This document shows, piece by piece, positions 35,583 to 44,721 of a stretch of DNA of 44,721 nucleotides. The stretch spans positions 1-44,721 of the IMG/VR virus record IMGVR_UViG_3300042363_000536. One strand, 5' to 3'. The stretch is from a virus (lineage: Duplodnaviria; Caudoviricetes). Under the pieces are notes generated by a model. The model was not told the DNA's origin, did no database searches, and was given only the letters and a program-made list of their open reading frames with translations. Numbering within the stretch: the stretch's first letter is position 1; each line of letters starts with the position of its first letter. Position numbers and translations under genes: made by a program.

Positions 35583-35615
35583 TGACTCTTACAAACCCAA
35601 ACCCAAAACACACCC

Positions 35616-35978
35616 ATGCAACACGCATCCTGCACATTAGCACTTAACGGAGACATTACTTTTACTGTCTTCAAGCCCGACGTTACCGTCGCTGAAATCG
35701 CCGTCCTTAACGCCATTCATGGCGAGGGTTCGGTTCGCGACATCAATCCTACTTTCATGGACAAGCGCCCTCATGCCGAAGAGCGTGAACGCCTGACCCT
35801 CGAATACGGAGCCGCCAAAGACCACAAGGACGAGCCTGTCATCAAGGCCCTGTTCCCCGGTCTGTCCCCGCTGCCCGTCACTTTCAAAGATATCGGCCTC
35901 GACATAAACGGCTCTGAGCCCGTCGAGGAAGAAAAGGCTCGCCGTGGACGCCCCGCTGCGGCATCCTCTGAAGAATAA
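35616..35978 (+). CDS. Hypothetical virion-module protein
   Basis: CA-rich leader; position after the capsid gene. Confidence 0.7.
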   Translation: MQHASCTLALNGDITFTVFKPDVTVAEIAVLNAIHGEGSVRDINPTFMDKRPHAEERERLTLEYGAAKDHKDEPVIKALFPGLSPLPVTFKDIGLDINGSEPVEEEKARRGRPAAASSEE

Positions 35979-35980
35979 TT

Positions 35981-36670
35981 ATGGCCGTTGGCACTACCCT
36001 TTCCACTCTCGTTGACCAGCTTCGCGCCGAAATCGGTGCTTCAACGAACGTGGGTCAGGGAGTGAACAACTTACCCTCACTCCAACAGACGCTTCGGAGA
36101 AATCAGGAGCGTCTGTGGAATGAGTTTAACTGGCCTCATCTTGTGGTTGACCGCGACGAACAGCTTTACGCTGGTCAGCGGTACTACTCGTTCAATAACG
36201 ACCTCGACTACAACAGGATCATCGGCGCATGGGTGAAATACTCCAATGCGTTTGAGCCTGTGGGATACGGGTTTAATCCGACAATCTATTCGGCATCAAA
36301 TCCCGAGACTGGCGGCAAATCCGATCCCGTGCAGCTCTGGCGTCATTACGAGGGGAACCAGTACGAGGTGTGGCCCGTACCGTCTGGACAGACAACCCAG
36401 ACACTCCGTTTTAGGGCGATCAAGAAATTATCCCCCCTGTTGGCGAACAGCGATAAAGCTGACCTCGACGACATCTTGATCGTCCTATTTTCGGCAGCCG
36501 AAATCCTCGCACGTCTCAAAGCCGCAGACGCACAAGGCAAACTTCAACTTGCACAGTCGCACTATCGCAACCTCCGAGCGAACACGATGAAGAAAGATAT
36601 GTTCATCATGGGGAACGGATTGCCTCGCGATGATCGCGGCGACTGGGTAATTCGCGTCAACCCGATTTAA
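35981..36670 (+). CDS. Head-tail adaptor (tail tubular protein A-like)
   Basis: QERLWNEFNWPHL, YEVWPVP; position and size. Confidence 0.7.
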   Translation: MAVGTTLSTLVDQLRAEIGASTNVGQGVNNLPSLQQTLRRNQERLWNEFNWPHLVVDRDEQLYAGQRYYSFNNDLDYNRIIGAWVKYSNAFEPVGYGFNPTIYSASNPETGGKSDPVQLWRHYEGNQYEVWPVPSGQTTQTLRFRAIKKLSPLLANSDKADLDDILIVLFSAAEILARLKAADAQGKLQLAQSHYRNLRANTMKKDMFIMGNGLPRDDRGDWVIRVNPI

Positions 36671-36674
36671 GCTC

Positions 36675-38726
36675 ATGTATCTTCTCGTCGAAGACTTCAA
36701 GGGTGGTCTCGACACCCGCAGAATGTTCCTGACTTCCAAAGCAGGGACGTTGCAAAAGTGCAAGAACGCTCACATCACCCGTGGCGGTGAAATCGAAAAG
36801 CGTCTTGCATTTGCGAATTACGCAAATCTCCCTTCCGGCACTTTCGGACTCCAATCCGCAGGCGGGTCACTTTTTGTTTTTGGCTCCGCAGCACAGCCAG
36901 CCTCTTTCCCTGCAAACCTGAACTACCAACGTCTGCAACATCCTTCCGGGCAGACAATGACGGAGTTGCTTTTCAGCGAGACGTTCAACGGAAAGATTTA
37001 TGCTATCGCGCAATACGCAGACGGCTCCGTTCACCATTTCTTCAACGGGGTTCGCGTAACCACTTGGGACACAGTTTCTACCAGTGTTGGCGACAACTCT
37101 GCCGTTGCCGCTGCGCTTGCGGCTCAGATTGATTCCGAAGCTCCCTTCATTGCTATTTCAAGCGGCCCGGTAATCACCATAACGGCGGTCAACAACAACC
37201 AGCCCTTCACTACAAGCGGGACTGCTACGAACGGTGGCTCCAACAACGACCAAGCAATCACTTTTGCGGTTACGCAGACAGCATCGCCGGAAACCAAAGC
37301 TACGGGAACATTCAGAGTCGCCGCCTCCGCGACAACGGGAGTCGTTGCGTCTGTTTCCGTGAACGGAGTGAACCTGCTTCCTGTTTCCGTGACTGGGTTA
37401 GCCAGCACAGACGGTCTCGCTACTGCTTTGGCCGTGGCGATCAATGCAGGAACGTCTGGGTACACTGCAACAGTTACGGGCAGCACAGTCACCGTTACTG
37501 CACCTAGCGGAACAGGCGTAATCGCAAACGGGTACAACATCTCGTCTGTCGTTACGGGTACGGGAGTTACGTTGGACACGTTCACCGCTTTCTCTGGCGG
37601 CGTGTCTGCAAAGCCTCAGATCACAACCGCAACGATCGGCGGTACGTTTGAATTGAACGACGTGTTCACCGTAACGCTTTCGATTCCTTCGGCGTTCTAC
37701 AGCAACACATTCAGGCTGTCGTCGTCAGCGTCCGGCGTGGGCACGACCGCACGAACCTTCGCAAACAAACTCTATTCGACAACTCGAAGCCTTCTCTATT
37801 TCTCCGAGATCGGAGACCCTACAAAATTTGGTGGCACGACTAACGGGGCCGGATTCATCAACCTGTCAAACCAAGACAGCGGTTTTGAAGACCTTCAGGC
37901 GGTCGGTATCTATCAGGGTAAAATGGCGATCTTCTCCCGTCGCGCTGTGCAGATTTGGACGATGGACGCAGACCCGACAAAGAATGTCTCTTCGCAGACG
38001 CTCAAAAACATCGGTACGTTTGCACCGCGTTCCGTCACCAATTTCGGCGACATCGACGTATTCTTTCTCTCCGACAGTGGTGTTCGTTCACTCCGCGCTC
38101 GTGACGCATCCAACGCGGCAGCCGTGTCGGATGTCGGCACGAACATTGACACTTTGATTTCGGCAGACTTGTTGAGCCTCCCCGAGACAACACGCAACGC
38201 TGCGTTTGGGATCATCGAACCTAAAGACGGGCGGTACTGGCTTGCGGTTGGGCCGAAGGTTTATGTCTACTCGTTCTTCCCGTCTGCGGGCATCGCTGCA
38301 TGGAGTACTTACGAGCCCGGTTTTACGATCACGCATTTCTCCTACGCGAACAGCCGCATCTACGCTCGCAGTGGGGATACGGTGTATCTCTACGGGGGTG
38401 TAACCGGGAACGAGTACGACAATAGCCAAGTTGAAGTTGTACTTCCGTACTTGGACGCAGGGAAACCCGCTCACACAAAAACACTTCAGGGTATCGACCT
38501 GACTTGTGAAGGGATGTGGGATGTGTTTGTCGGCTGCGACACAACGGTTCCAGAAGCGCGGGATCTTGTTGCTACGGTCAATCAATCCACGTTTGATCTT
38601 GCGAGGCTGCAAGCGGCTGGGATGGGTACGCACATCGGCGTCCGCATCGTGACTAATCCGACTTACTCTGGCGCTGCGAAGATCGGTAATTTCGCAAGTC
38701 ACTTCGAGATCAACGACGCAGGTTAA
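36675..38726 (+). CDS. Tail nozzle (tubular protein B / P22 gp10-like)
   Basis: DFKGGLD start, NAHIT..GEIEKR, LYFSEIGDP, VFFLSDSGVRSL beta-propeller features. Confidence 0.75.
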   Translation: MYLLVEDFKGGLDTRRMFLTSKAGTLQKCKNAHITRGGEIEKRLAFANYANLPSGTFGLQSAGGSLFVFGSAAQPASFPANLNYQRLQHPSGQTMTELLFSETFNGKIYAIAQYADGSVHHFFNGVRVTTWDTVSTSVGDNSAVAAALAAQIDSEAPFIAISSGPVITITAVNNNQPFTTSGTATNGGSNNDQAITFAVTQTASPETKATGTFRVAASATTGVVASVSVNGVNLLPVSVTGLASTDGLATALAVAINAGTSGYTATVTGSTVTVTAPSGTGVIANGYNISSVVTGTGVTLDTFTAFSGGVSAKPQITTATIGGTFELNDVFTVTLSIPSAFYSNTFRLSSSASGVGTTARTFANKLYSTTRSLLYFSEIGDPTKFGGTTNGAGFINLSNQDSGFEDLQAVGIYQGKMAIFSRRAVQIWTMDADPTKNVSSQTLKNIGTFAPRSVTNFGDIDVFFLSDSGVRSLRARDASNAAAVSDVGTNIDTLISADLLSLPETTRNAAFGIIEPKDGRYWLAVGPKVYVYSFFPSAGIAAWSTYEPGFTITHFSYANSRIYARSGDTVYLYGGVTGNEYDNSQVEVVLPYLDAGKPAHTKTLQGIDLTCEGMWDVFVGCDTTVPEARDLVATVNQSTFDLARLQAAGMGTHIGVRIVTNPTYSGAAKIGNFASHFEINDAG

Positions 38727-39196
38727 TGGAACTCACTCGACTCAACCCGAACGACCTTTACACGGTCGCAGAGAACATGAGGGAATGGGACAAGAAAGAG
38801 ATTTACGCGACGCGCTGGACGGATTGCCCGCACGATCTTGTACGCGACGCGATGATGAGTTATGAATTTGGGTGGATAGCTTCGCATAACGACAGACCCG
38901 TCTGCGCGATTGGAGCTATCCCGTTACATCCCGGCGTCTGGTCTGTGTGGATGTTTGCAACGGATGAGTTTGACAAGATCAAGTACAGCCTGACGAAATT
39001 TGCAGCGCGTAGAATGAAACCAGTCCTACAGAGTGTAGGTCACAGGATCGAATGCCGTTCTATGGACGGTCACACAGACGCGCAGAAATGGCTTGAATTT
39101 CTTGGAATGACAAGAGAATCTTCGATACCACAGTACGGGAGGGGCAACGAATTGTTCCACTTGTACGCTTGGACTAACCCCAACCCAGAGAAATAA
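38726..39196 (+). CDS. GNAT-fold virion assembly protein (T7 gp13-like)
   Basis: NMREWDKKE...VWMFATD...AQKWLEFLG; between nozzle and ejection genes. Confidence 0.7.
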   Translation: MELTRLNPNDLYTVAENMREWDKKEIYATRWTDCPHDLVRDAMMSYEFGWIASHNDRPVCAIGAIPLHPGVWSVWMFATDEFDKIKYSLTKFAARRMKPVLQSVGHRIECRSMDGHTDAQKWLEFLGMTRESSIPQYGRGNELFHLYAWTNPNPEK

Positions 39197-39200
39197 AATT

Positions 39201-39875
39201 ATGTGCTTCGGAGGCGGAGGCGGCGGAAATAACGCAATGGCGGCATCTAACCTAGCCGCACAGCAGGCCAATGAACGAATGGCCGCGCAACAGCGTGCGG
39301 AAGAAGCTGCGCGCCAAGCTCGCATTCAGCAAGCCATTGCTGGGATCAACAATACTTTCTCGCAGTTCAACGACGATTGGTTCGGTAAAAAGAAAACCGA
39401 TTATCTGAACTACTACGATCCGCAGGTTGAACAGCAGTACGGCGAAGCCAAGCAGAACACGCTTTTCCAGCTTGCACGTCAGGGACTCACAGACAGCTCT
39501 GCGGGGGCTAAAGTCTACAGCGATCTTGCTCGCGAATACGGCAACCAGAAGCAGTCGATTCAGAGTGGCGCAAACGCTTACGAGCAGCAGGCTCGCTCGC
39601 AGGTTGAAACACAGCGAAACAACCTCATCAATCAGGCAACTGCTACGGCCAATCCGCAGGCGTCTGCGTCTGCCGCCACTAACGCTGTCGGCTCGCTTCA
39701 GATGATACAGCCTCAAGGCGGGTACTCCCCGCTGGCCGGACTCTTCAACACCTTTGCGGGTGCCGCCGCTAACGGCATCCAGAACTTTGCCTACGGTAAC
39801 AACGGCGGTCTGCTCGGTCAGGTGTTCAAGAACGGTTCAGGCGGAAGCTCACAAAAGATCGTAGGTACTAACTGA
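39201..39875 (+). CDS. Internal virion/ejection protein
   Basis: MCFGGGGG start; Q/A-rich; LARQGL.DSS. Confidence 0.7.
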   Translation: MCFGGGGGGNNAMAASNLAAQQANERMAAQQRAEEAARQARIQQAIAGINNTFSQFNDDWFGKKKTDYLNYYDPQVEQQYGEAKQNTLFQLARQGLTDSSAGAKVYSDLAREYGNQKQSIQSGANAYEQQARSQVETQRNNLINQATATANPQASASAATNAVGSLQMIQPQGGYSPLAGLFNTFAGAAANGIQNFAYGNNGGLLGQVFKNGSGGSSQKIVGTN

Positions 39876-39876
39876 T

Positions 39877-40200
39877 ATGTGCTCACCACAAGTCGGAAGA
39901 GTCGTGAACGGAGTAGCCACACTGGGGCTGTCTGAAGCTGTTCGCCCGATGCTTGGTGGTGGCAACCGGGATCTACTGGACAACGCTGGTTCGCTTGGAA
40001 TTGGCCCTGCGTTTGCCATGCAGAAGACCGCGCAACCTTCCCAGCAGCCCGTTCAGCAGTATCAGCCGCAGACATTCCAGCCCGCTCCTGTTCAATTCAC
40101 CGCTTTCCAACCCGCCCAGCCATTTGCGCCAAGAGCGCAGGCAAACGTCCCCGGGTCTCAGTTGGACAGCGCCACTTCTCAACCTCGAACCATCAAGTAA
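39877..40200 (+). CDS. Gln/Pro-rich small protein in the ejection cluster
   Basis: Fills the gap exactly; MC start. Confidence 0.6.
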   Translation: MCSPQVGRVVNGVATLGLSEAVRPMLGGGNRDLLDNAGSLGIGPAFAMQKTAQPSQQPVQQYQPQTFQPAPVQFTAFQPAQPFAPRAQANVPGSQLDSATSQPRTIK

Positions 40201-40203
40201 GCC

Positions 40204-41013
40204 ATGTGCACACCTCTCCTTGCAGCTTCAGCCGCTTTGACCGCCGCAGGCGCGGGAGCATCCATGTACGGGCAGAAGCGCCAGCAGGACGCCTACAACG
40301 CGGTTCAGAACGCCCAAGCCGCCGAACAGCTCCGCGCCAATCAGCGCGCCCTTCAGCTTCGCGAGCAGGAACGCGCCCGCCAGCAGGGCTATCAGGATCA
40401 GTCTGCCGCTCTCCTCAATGAAAGCCAAAAGTACAACTCCGTTGACTCACAGAACGCGCAGGAAGCGGCAGCTCGTGAAGCTCTGGCTGGGCAGTATTCT
40501 TCGTCTGCCGACACTGCCGCAGACGTGTCCGGCATCCCCGGGCTGCAACAGGCAACCGCCACAGACAGTACCCCCAGAGTCGTAGCCGACACTTACAAGC
40601 AGATGTTCGGGAACGTCGGTAACTACCTTCGCCAGCAGGCGGGTAGCAAAGCCGCACTCGACGCTTTCGGTAACAGCCAGCGCGCAACGACGGTCTCCAA
40701 CGCCCGCCAGCTTCAGAACCAAGGGCTGCTTGGTAACTTTATGCAGGGTAGCACGAGCGTCCTTGCCAATGAGCTTGCTGGTAACGCTGAGAACAGCCAA
40801 CTTAACCAGATGAACGCCGCTCGCGCTGGTGACGACGCGGCTACACAGGCGGCAATGTTCAACGGCCTCGGAAGCCTAGGGATGAACCTCGGAACTTCTG
40901 GCCTTATGGGAGGCATCGGCGGGGCCGCTTCTAAAGCGCCTTACGGTTTTAGCTTTACCCCGCAACTCGGTCTTTCCCATATGTTCACCCCCAAAGCAGG
41001 GGCAATTAAATAA
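40204..41013 (+). CDS. Ejection protein (T7 gp14-like architecture)
   Basis: MCTP plus hydrophobic N-terminus, Q/A coiled coil, Gly-rich C-terminus. Confidence 0.7.
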   Translation: MCTPLLAASAALTAAGAGASMYGQKRQQDAYNAVQNAQAAEQLRANQRALQLREQERARQQGYQDQSAALLNESQKYNSVDSQNAQEAAAREALAGQYSSSADTAADVSGIPGLQQATATDSTPRVVADTYKQMFGNVGNYLRQQAGSKAALDAFGNSQRATTVSNARQLQNQGLLGNFMQGSTSVLANELAGNAENSQLNQMNAARAGDDAATQAAMFNGLGSLGMNLGTSGLMGGIGGAASKAPYGFSFTPQLGLSHMFTPKAGAIK

Positions 41014-41015
41014 TT

Positions 41016-42296
41016 ATGCCAATCGTCCCCAACTACATGAATCAGGTCAACGCTCAGAACTGGGCAGAGGGCCTTGGTAGCGTTGTTCAGGCGCTCAACA
41101 ACCCGCAGGCTTTCGCCAATGCGGAATTGCTCCGCGCCAAAAAGGCCGAAATCGAGTCTTCGATCGCCTATCAGCAGGGCAAACTGGGGCTTGAGACTCA
41201 ACAGACTGCGGCACAAGTCAATAATTACAACTCCGCTGCTGGTGCCCAGAGCGCACTCAGGGGCAAATACGAGGCTGAAACACAGGGAATTGTTCGCGGG
41301 CAAAAAGCGCAGGACGGGTTGGGCACGACTCTTGTTTCGGCATACGGCGTAACCCCTGCAATCGGCCAAGCCATTCAACAAGTGGCTATCGCAAGCAACG
41401 ACTCCAACTCAAAGCAGATGGGCGACATGATTGCCAATCTCGGTCGTATGAATCCGCAGAAAGGCGATCCCGGGGAGCATATTTTCTGGGCACCGGGCGA
41501 CTGGCGTAAGCCGCCCCCGACGCCGCAAGGGCAGGCTGGCCCCGCAACCGTTGGCAATGTGACCACGGTTCCAACGGCTAAAACCCCGGCAGTTTCGGGA
41601 GCTAACCCTTACGCGCCAGCACCCGCAATCGACCCCGTGGCCGAACGGTCTGCGATCGCCGCTCACCTGAAAGACAACCCCGCGCAAAAAGCCGCCCAAC
41701 TCACCCAATCGCTTGACGCGATGCAGGCGTTGATTTCGGGCAACAACGCCCCCTATCAAGGGCCTTTGGGTAGTGCGCTGGGGGCGATCAACATCCTCAA
41801 CCCTAACGCCCAACAGTTTAATCAGCTTTCCAAGGTTGCCGCCGCCGCTTCGCGAACAGAGCCCGGTGCGGTCTCCAACTACGAACAGCAGCTTTTCCAA
41901 TCCCGCGTTCCTAACTTGAGCAATTCGCGTGAGGCCAACCAAGCGATTGCAGCTCTGGGGAAAGCCGCCGCCAAGAAGACGCAGGAAACAGAGAGCTTTG
42001 TTCAGCGTTTTATGAGCCAAGGCGGTTCACTCGCACAGGCAGAGCGCATTCAAGCCGAATACGAACTCGACCCCCGTAGTCGGTCTGTGGTCGAACTCCC
42101 AGACGGCGGCGTCACCTTGAAGCCCAACATCGGCATTTTTGACTGGTATCAGGAGAAATTAAACAATCCCGGCACCGCTTTAGGATCGCCAAACAGCTCG
42201 CCGCTGGCTAACGCTGTAAGTGGAACCCCTTCTACAGACCTTACCCCGGATGAGCAGGCCGAGCTTGCTGCACTCAGGGCCAAACACAAAAGATAA
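41016..42296 (+). CDS. Ejection/internal virion protein
   Basis: A/Q-rich, PGAVSNYEQQLF motif; position. Confidence 0.7.
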   Translation: MPIVPNYMNQVNAQNWAEGLGSVVQALNNPQAFANAELLRAKKAEIESSIAYQQGKLGLETQQTAAQVNNYNSAAGAQSALRGKYEAETQGIVRGQKAQDGLGTTLVSAYGVTPAIGQAIQQVAIASNDSNSKQMGDMIANLGRMNPQKGDPGEHIFWAPGDWRKPPPTPQGQAGPATVGNVTTVPTAKTPAVSGANPYAPAPAIDPVAERSAIAAHLKDNPAQKAAQLTQSLDAMQALISGNNAPYQGPLGSALGAINILNPNAQQFNQLSKVAAAASRTEPGAVSNYEQQLFQSRVPNLSNSREANQAIAALGKAAAKKTQETESFVQRFMSQGGSLAQAERIQAEYELDPRSRSVVELPDGGVTLKPNIGIFDWYQEKLNNPGTALGSPNSSPLANAVSGTPSTDLTPDEQAELAALRAKHKR

Positions 42297-44721
42297 TGAG
42301 CGATCGCGCTGAACTTGAAGAACTCCGCAGACTCGAAGAGTTGGAGCGGAAAGCCGCAGGCACCCCTTCACCCGCTCCCGGGATCACCTTCGCCAATAAC
42401 GCAGAGGGGCAGGGTTACGCGCCGAAGCCACAACGGTCTGCGGTAGACCAGCTTGGGCGTGGGATCGGTCTGGCGGCACGCTCTTACGGGCCGTTGGCTG
42501 CTTTCACCGCAGGCGGGGCTTTGCTTGGTGGCGGGCTCCCCGGAGCCGCTGCGGGCGCAACCACATATGGTTTGACCAAACTTGTCGGCGATCCCGCTGT
42601 CGGTCTTTACAATTACGCCAAGCCTCAGTCTTGGCCCGCCGCGACTCCCCCGACGCAGGCGATCAACAACCTACTCGACACCTTTCTCCCGAAACCTGAG
42701 AACGCGTTGGAGAGAACCACAGACGCAGTCAATCAGGCGATCGCCGACTCGGTTGGAATTACTGGGCTACCTAGAGTCGCCACGAAAGCAACTCAAGCTG
42801 GTGTTAACCTCGTCAACGAGGGCGTCGGCGGACTCGGTTCATTTTTACAGGGTTCCAAGAATGCAGTGACACAGAGTGTCGGTCGCACGATTGCAGAGAA
42901 CCCGGTGCAGCAGGCAGCTCTGTCTGGAATTGGCGGTCTTGGTTACGGGGCAGCCCGCGAAGGAGCCCCAGATAATCCTGCACTTCAGTTCGTTGCAGGG
43001 CTCGGTCTGCCGATGGCCGCAGTGGGCACAGCAAACGTAGCGCGAAGGGCCGCAAACTTTGTCGGGCCGGAAAACCTCGGAGCTTTTTTGACTGGCGGGC
43101 GTACAGCCGCCGCAGACGCATACGCCAACAATGCCGTTGCAAAACGATTGCAGGAAGCAGCAGGTACGACTGTTGAAAGAGATGCCGCGATTCAAGCGTT
43201 GAACGATGCAGATGCGCTTACCGCAAACGGGTATCTCCCGACGACTGGTACGCTTTCGGGCAACCCAAACCTTATCTCTGTCGAGAAACGCCTTTCCAAT
43301 AGTGGCGATGCTCGCGGCAAAGAGGGTAAGACGCTTCTCAGCCGACACATCGACAATTCTCAAGCGATTACCGGGGGCGTCAACTCTGCTCTTAAACAGA
43401 CAGACGTTTCTCCTGAAGTCGCTCAGAACTTCATGGGCGGTCAGCTCAACCAGAAAGTTTTGTCTGCACAACAGGTCGTCGATGCCGCAGCACTATCCGC
43501 AGAGAAAGCAGCCGCCGAACTCGCAGCCGAGCAGGCTGCGATTGCAGCTAACGCGACAGACACCGTTCGCACGCAGGCATCTTCAGACATTCGCCGTTCG
43601 CTGGACACGCAGTTCAATGATTTCCGCGAGATGTCTTCGGAGCTGTACAACGCTGTGCCCAAAACCATCGAAGTGCCGCTGACCAACGCCCGTAAAATGG
43701 CGCAGCAGCTCGTCAACGAAGGTAAGGGTACTGTCGGCGGCGTACCTGAAGAAATTGCAAAGTTTCTTGAAGTCACCGCAGACGGAAAAGCGCCTGCAAT
43801 TAAAGCGCAGCGCAACCTTGAGGATTTGTTTGCAGCGGCACAGAGTCAGCCGAAGAACTCGCCCGCCGCAAAGCAGCTCGGACAGCTTCGTGATGCGCTC
43901 GATAAAGACATCGGTTCTGTTGAAGCCGTGTCAAAGCCGCTTCAGGAAGCGCGTACTTTTTATCGCGAGCAATTTGTTCCACGATTTAAGCAGGGGGCTT
44001 CTTCCCGCGTATTGAATCAACGTGGAGCTGGTGGCGGGGACGCAGTTGAAGCTGGTAAAACTCTCGACGCTTACATGGGGTCGCAAGCCGAAGCGGGCCG
44101 CTTGAAATCTGCGCTTGCGGGTCAGTCGGGCGAACTTCCCGCCGCAGACGCAGCTTCAATCCGCGATTGGGCCATCTCAAAGATGGCATCCTCGCTTGGG
44201 GCAAATCCCAACGGAACCCAAATCCGCGCTTGGGCTGCGAAGAACAAATCCATCATTGAGCAATTCCCTGAAGTCGAAAACGAGATTGGTAAGATGGCTA
44301 ATCGCATCGGCGGCAAGGCGCAGTCAAAAGATGCAATGGCCGCAGAACTCCTCGCCAAGCAGGATGAGCTTAAACTAGCACAGACCACCGCCACCAAAAG
44401 CAACCCGGCGCTTTACTCCAAGGGTGGAGCTGAAGGCGCTGTCGCAGACGTGAACTCTTGGCTGTACGCCGATCGTGCAGGCAACCGTGCAAGTGAACTC
44501 GTCACAGCCGCCAAGGCAGACAAGTCCGGGCAGGCAATGGAAGGTCTCCGCAATTCCATCAAAGAAAGCGTTACCTCACGCGTTCGATCCAAGACATCTG
44601 AAGTACCGGGATCAAATGATGTCGGTGCAGCGACCGCAGAGAATTTCAATACCACTGTCGCAAAAGTGAACGGCATTTTGACGAAGCCTTCCACGCGCCG
44701 CGCTATGGAACAGGTATTCAC
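42296..44721 (+). CDS. Large ejection protein (~956 aa, continues at 78-522); absent from the ORF track
   Basis: TAATG coupling, MSDRAELEELRRLEEL..., Gly/Ala hydrophobic stretches; in frame with ORF 22..522. Confidence 0.85.
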   Translation, partial: MSDRAELEELRRLEELERKAAGTPSPAPGITFANNAEGQGYAPKPQRSAVDQLGRGIGLAARSYGPLAAFTAGGALLGGGLPGAAAGATTYGLTKLVGDPAVGLYNYAKPQSWPAATPPTQAINNLLDTFLPKPENALERTTDAVNQAIADSVGITGLPRVATKATQAGVNLVNEGVGGLGSFLQGSKNAVTQSVGRTIAENPVQQAALSGIGGLGYGAAREGAPDNPALQFVAGLGLPMAAVGTANVARRAANFVGPENLGAFLTGGRTAAADAYANNAVAKRLQEAAGTTVERDAAIQALNDADALTANGYLPTTGTLSGNPNLISVEKRLSNSGDARGKEGKTLLSRHIDNSQAITGGVNSALKQTDVSPEVAQNFMGGQLNQKVLSAQQVVDAAALSAEKAAAELAAEQAAIAANATDTVRTQASSDIRRSLDTQFNDFREMSSELYNAVPKTIEVPLTNARKMAQQLVNEGKGTVGGVPEEIAKFLEVTADGKAPAIKAQRNLEDLFAAAQSQPKNSPAAKQLGQLRDALDKDIGSVEAVSKPLQEARTFYREQFVPRFKQGASSRVLNQRGAGGGDAVEAGKTLDAYMGSQAEAGRLKSALAGQSGELPAADAASIRDWAISKMASSLGANPNGTQIRAWAAKNKSIIEQFPEVENEIGKMANRIGGKAQSKDAMAAELLAKQDELKLAQTTATKSNPALYSKGGAEGAVADVNSWLYADRAGNRASELVTAAKADKSGQAMEGLRNSIKESVTSRVRSKTSEVPGSNDVGAATAENFNTTVAKVNGILTKPSTRRAMEQVF
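44645..44721 (+). repeat. Terminal direct repeat, right copy
   Basis: Identical to 1-77. Confidence 0.97.

Larger units (their letters stand above)
1..44721. mobile_element. Complete circular temperate phage genome (podovirus-like, 44,644 bp unique)
   Basis: Terminal 77-bp overlap; full set of packaging, capsid, short-tail, lysis, replication and lysogeny genes; no tape measure, sheath or host housekeeping genes seen. Confidence 0.96.

Noticed and set aside
34495-35643. Long antisense ORFs (also 10356..11288, 11945..12646, 13657..14442, 33463..34242)
   Set aside because: Shadows of strongly codon-biased sense genes, with no motifs or leaders.

Overview
The window is a complete, circularly permuted temperate phage genome of 44,644 bp. 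Bases 1-77 repeat exactly at 44645-44721, as expected for an assembler overlap. The virion module is podovirus-like: terL, portal, scaffold, capsid, adaptor, nozzle, GNAT-like assembly protein, then ejection proteins and a lysozyme. Other modules are a cI/cro switch with a cI-xis-int operon and an attP made of the 3' half of tRNA-Glu(TTC). The replication block holds a Hjc resolvase, SNF2 helicase, Cas4-like nuclease, SSB, PolA with Leu762, a primase-helicase and a repeat-rich origin. There is also a leftward MoxR-AAA/vWA early operon and a holin/M15 lysis cassette. Most unusual observations: (1) a second tail-fibre module, coupled to a Dps/ferritin-like gene, sits between attP and int; (2) the helicase-nuclease in-frame fusion has a linker that looks like a promoter, operator and leader; (3) a candidate histone-fold gene lies just before the polymerase, behind a multi-branched RNA structure; (4) small accessory genes are bracketed by start-codon-centred direct repeats, like a cassette array; (5) repressor-type operators occur far from the switch; (6) TGTC repeat clusters flank the early region and may mark packaging ends. 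All family calls are by-eye motif recognition, and no searches were run.
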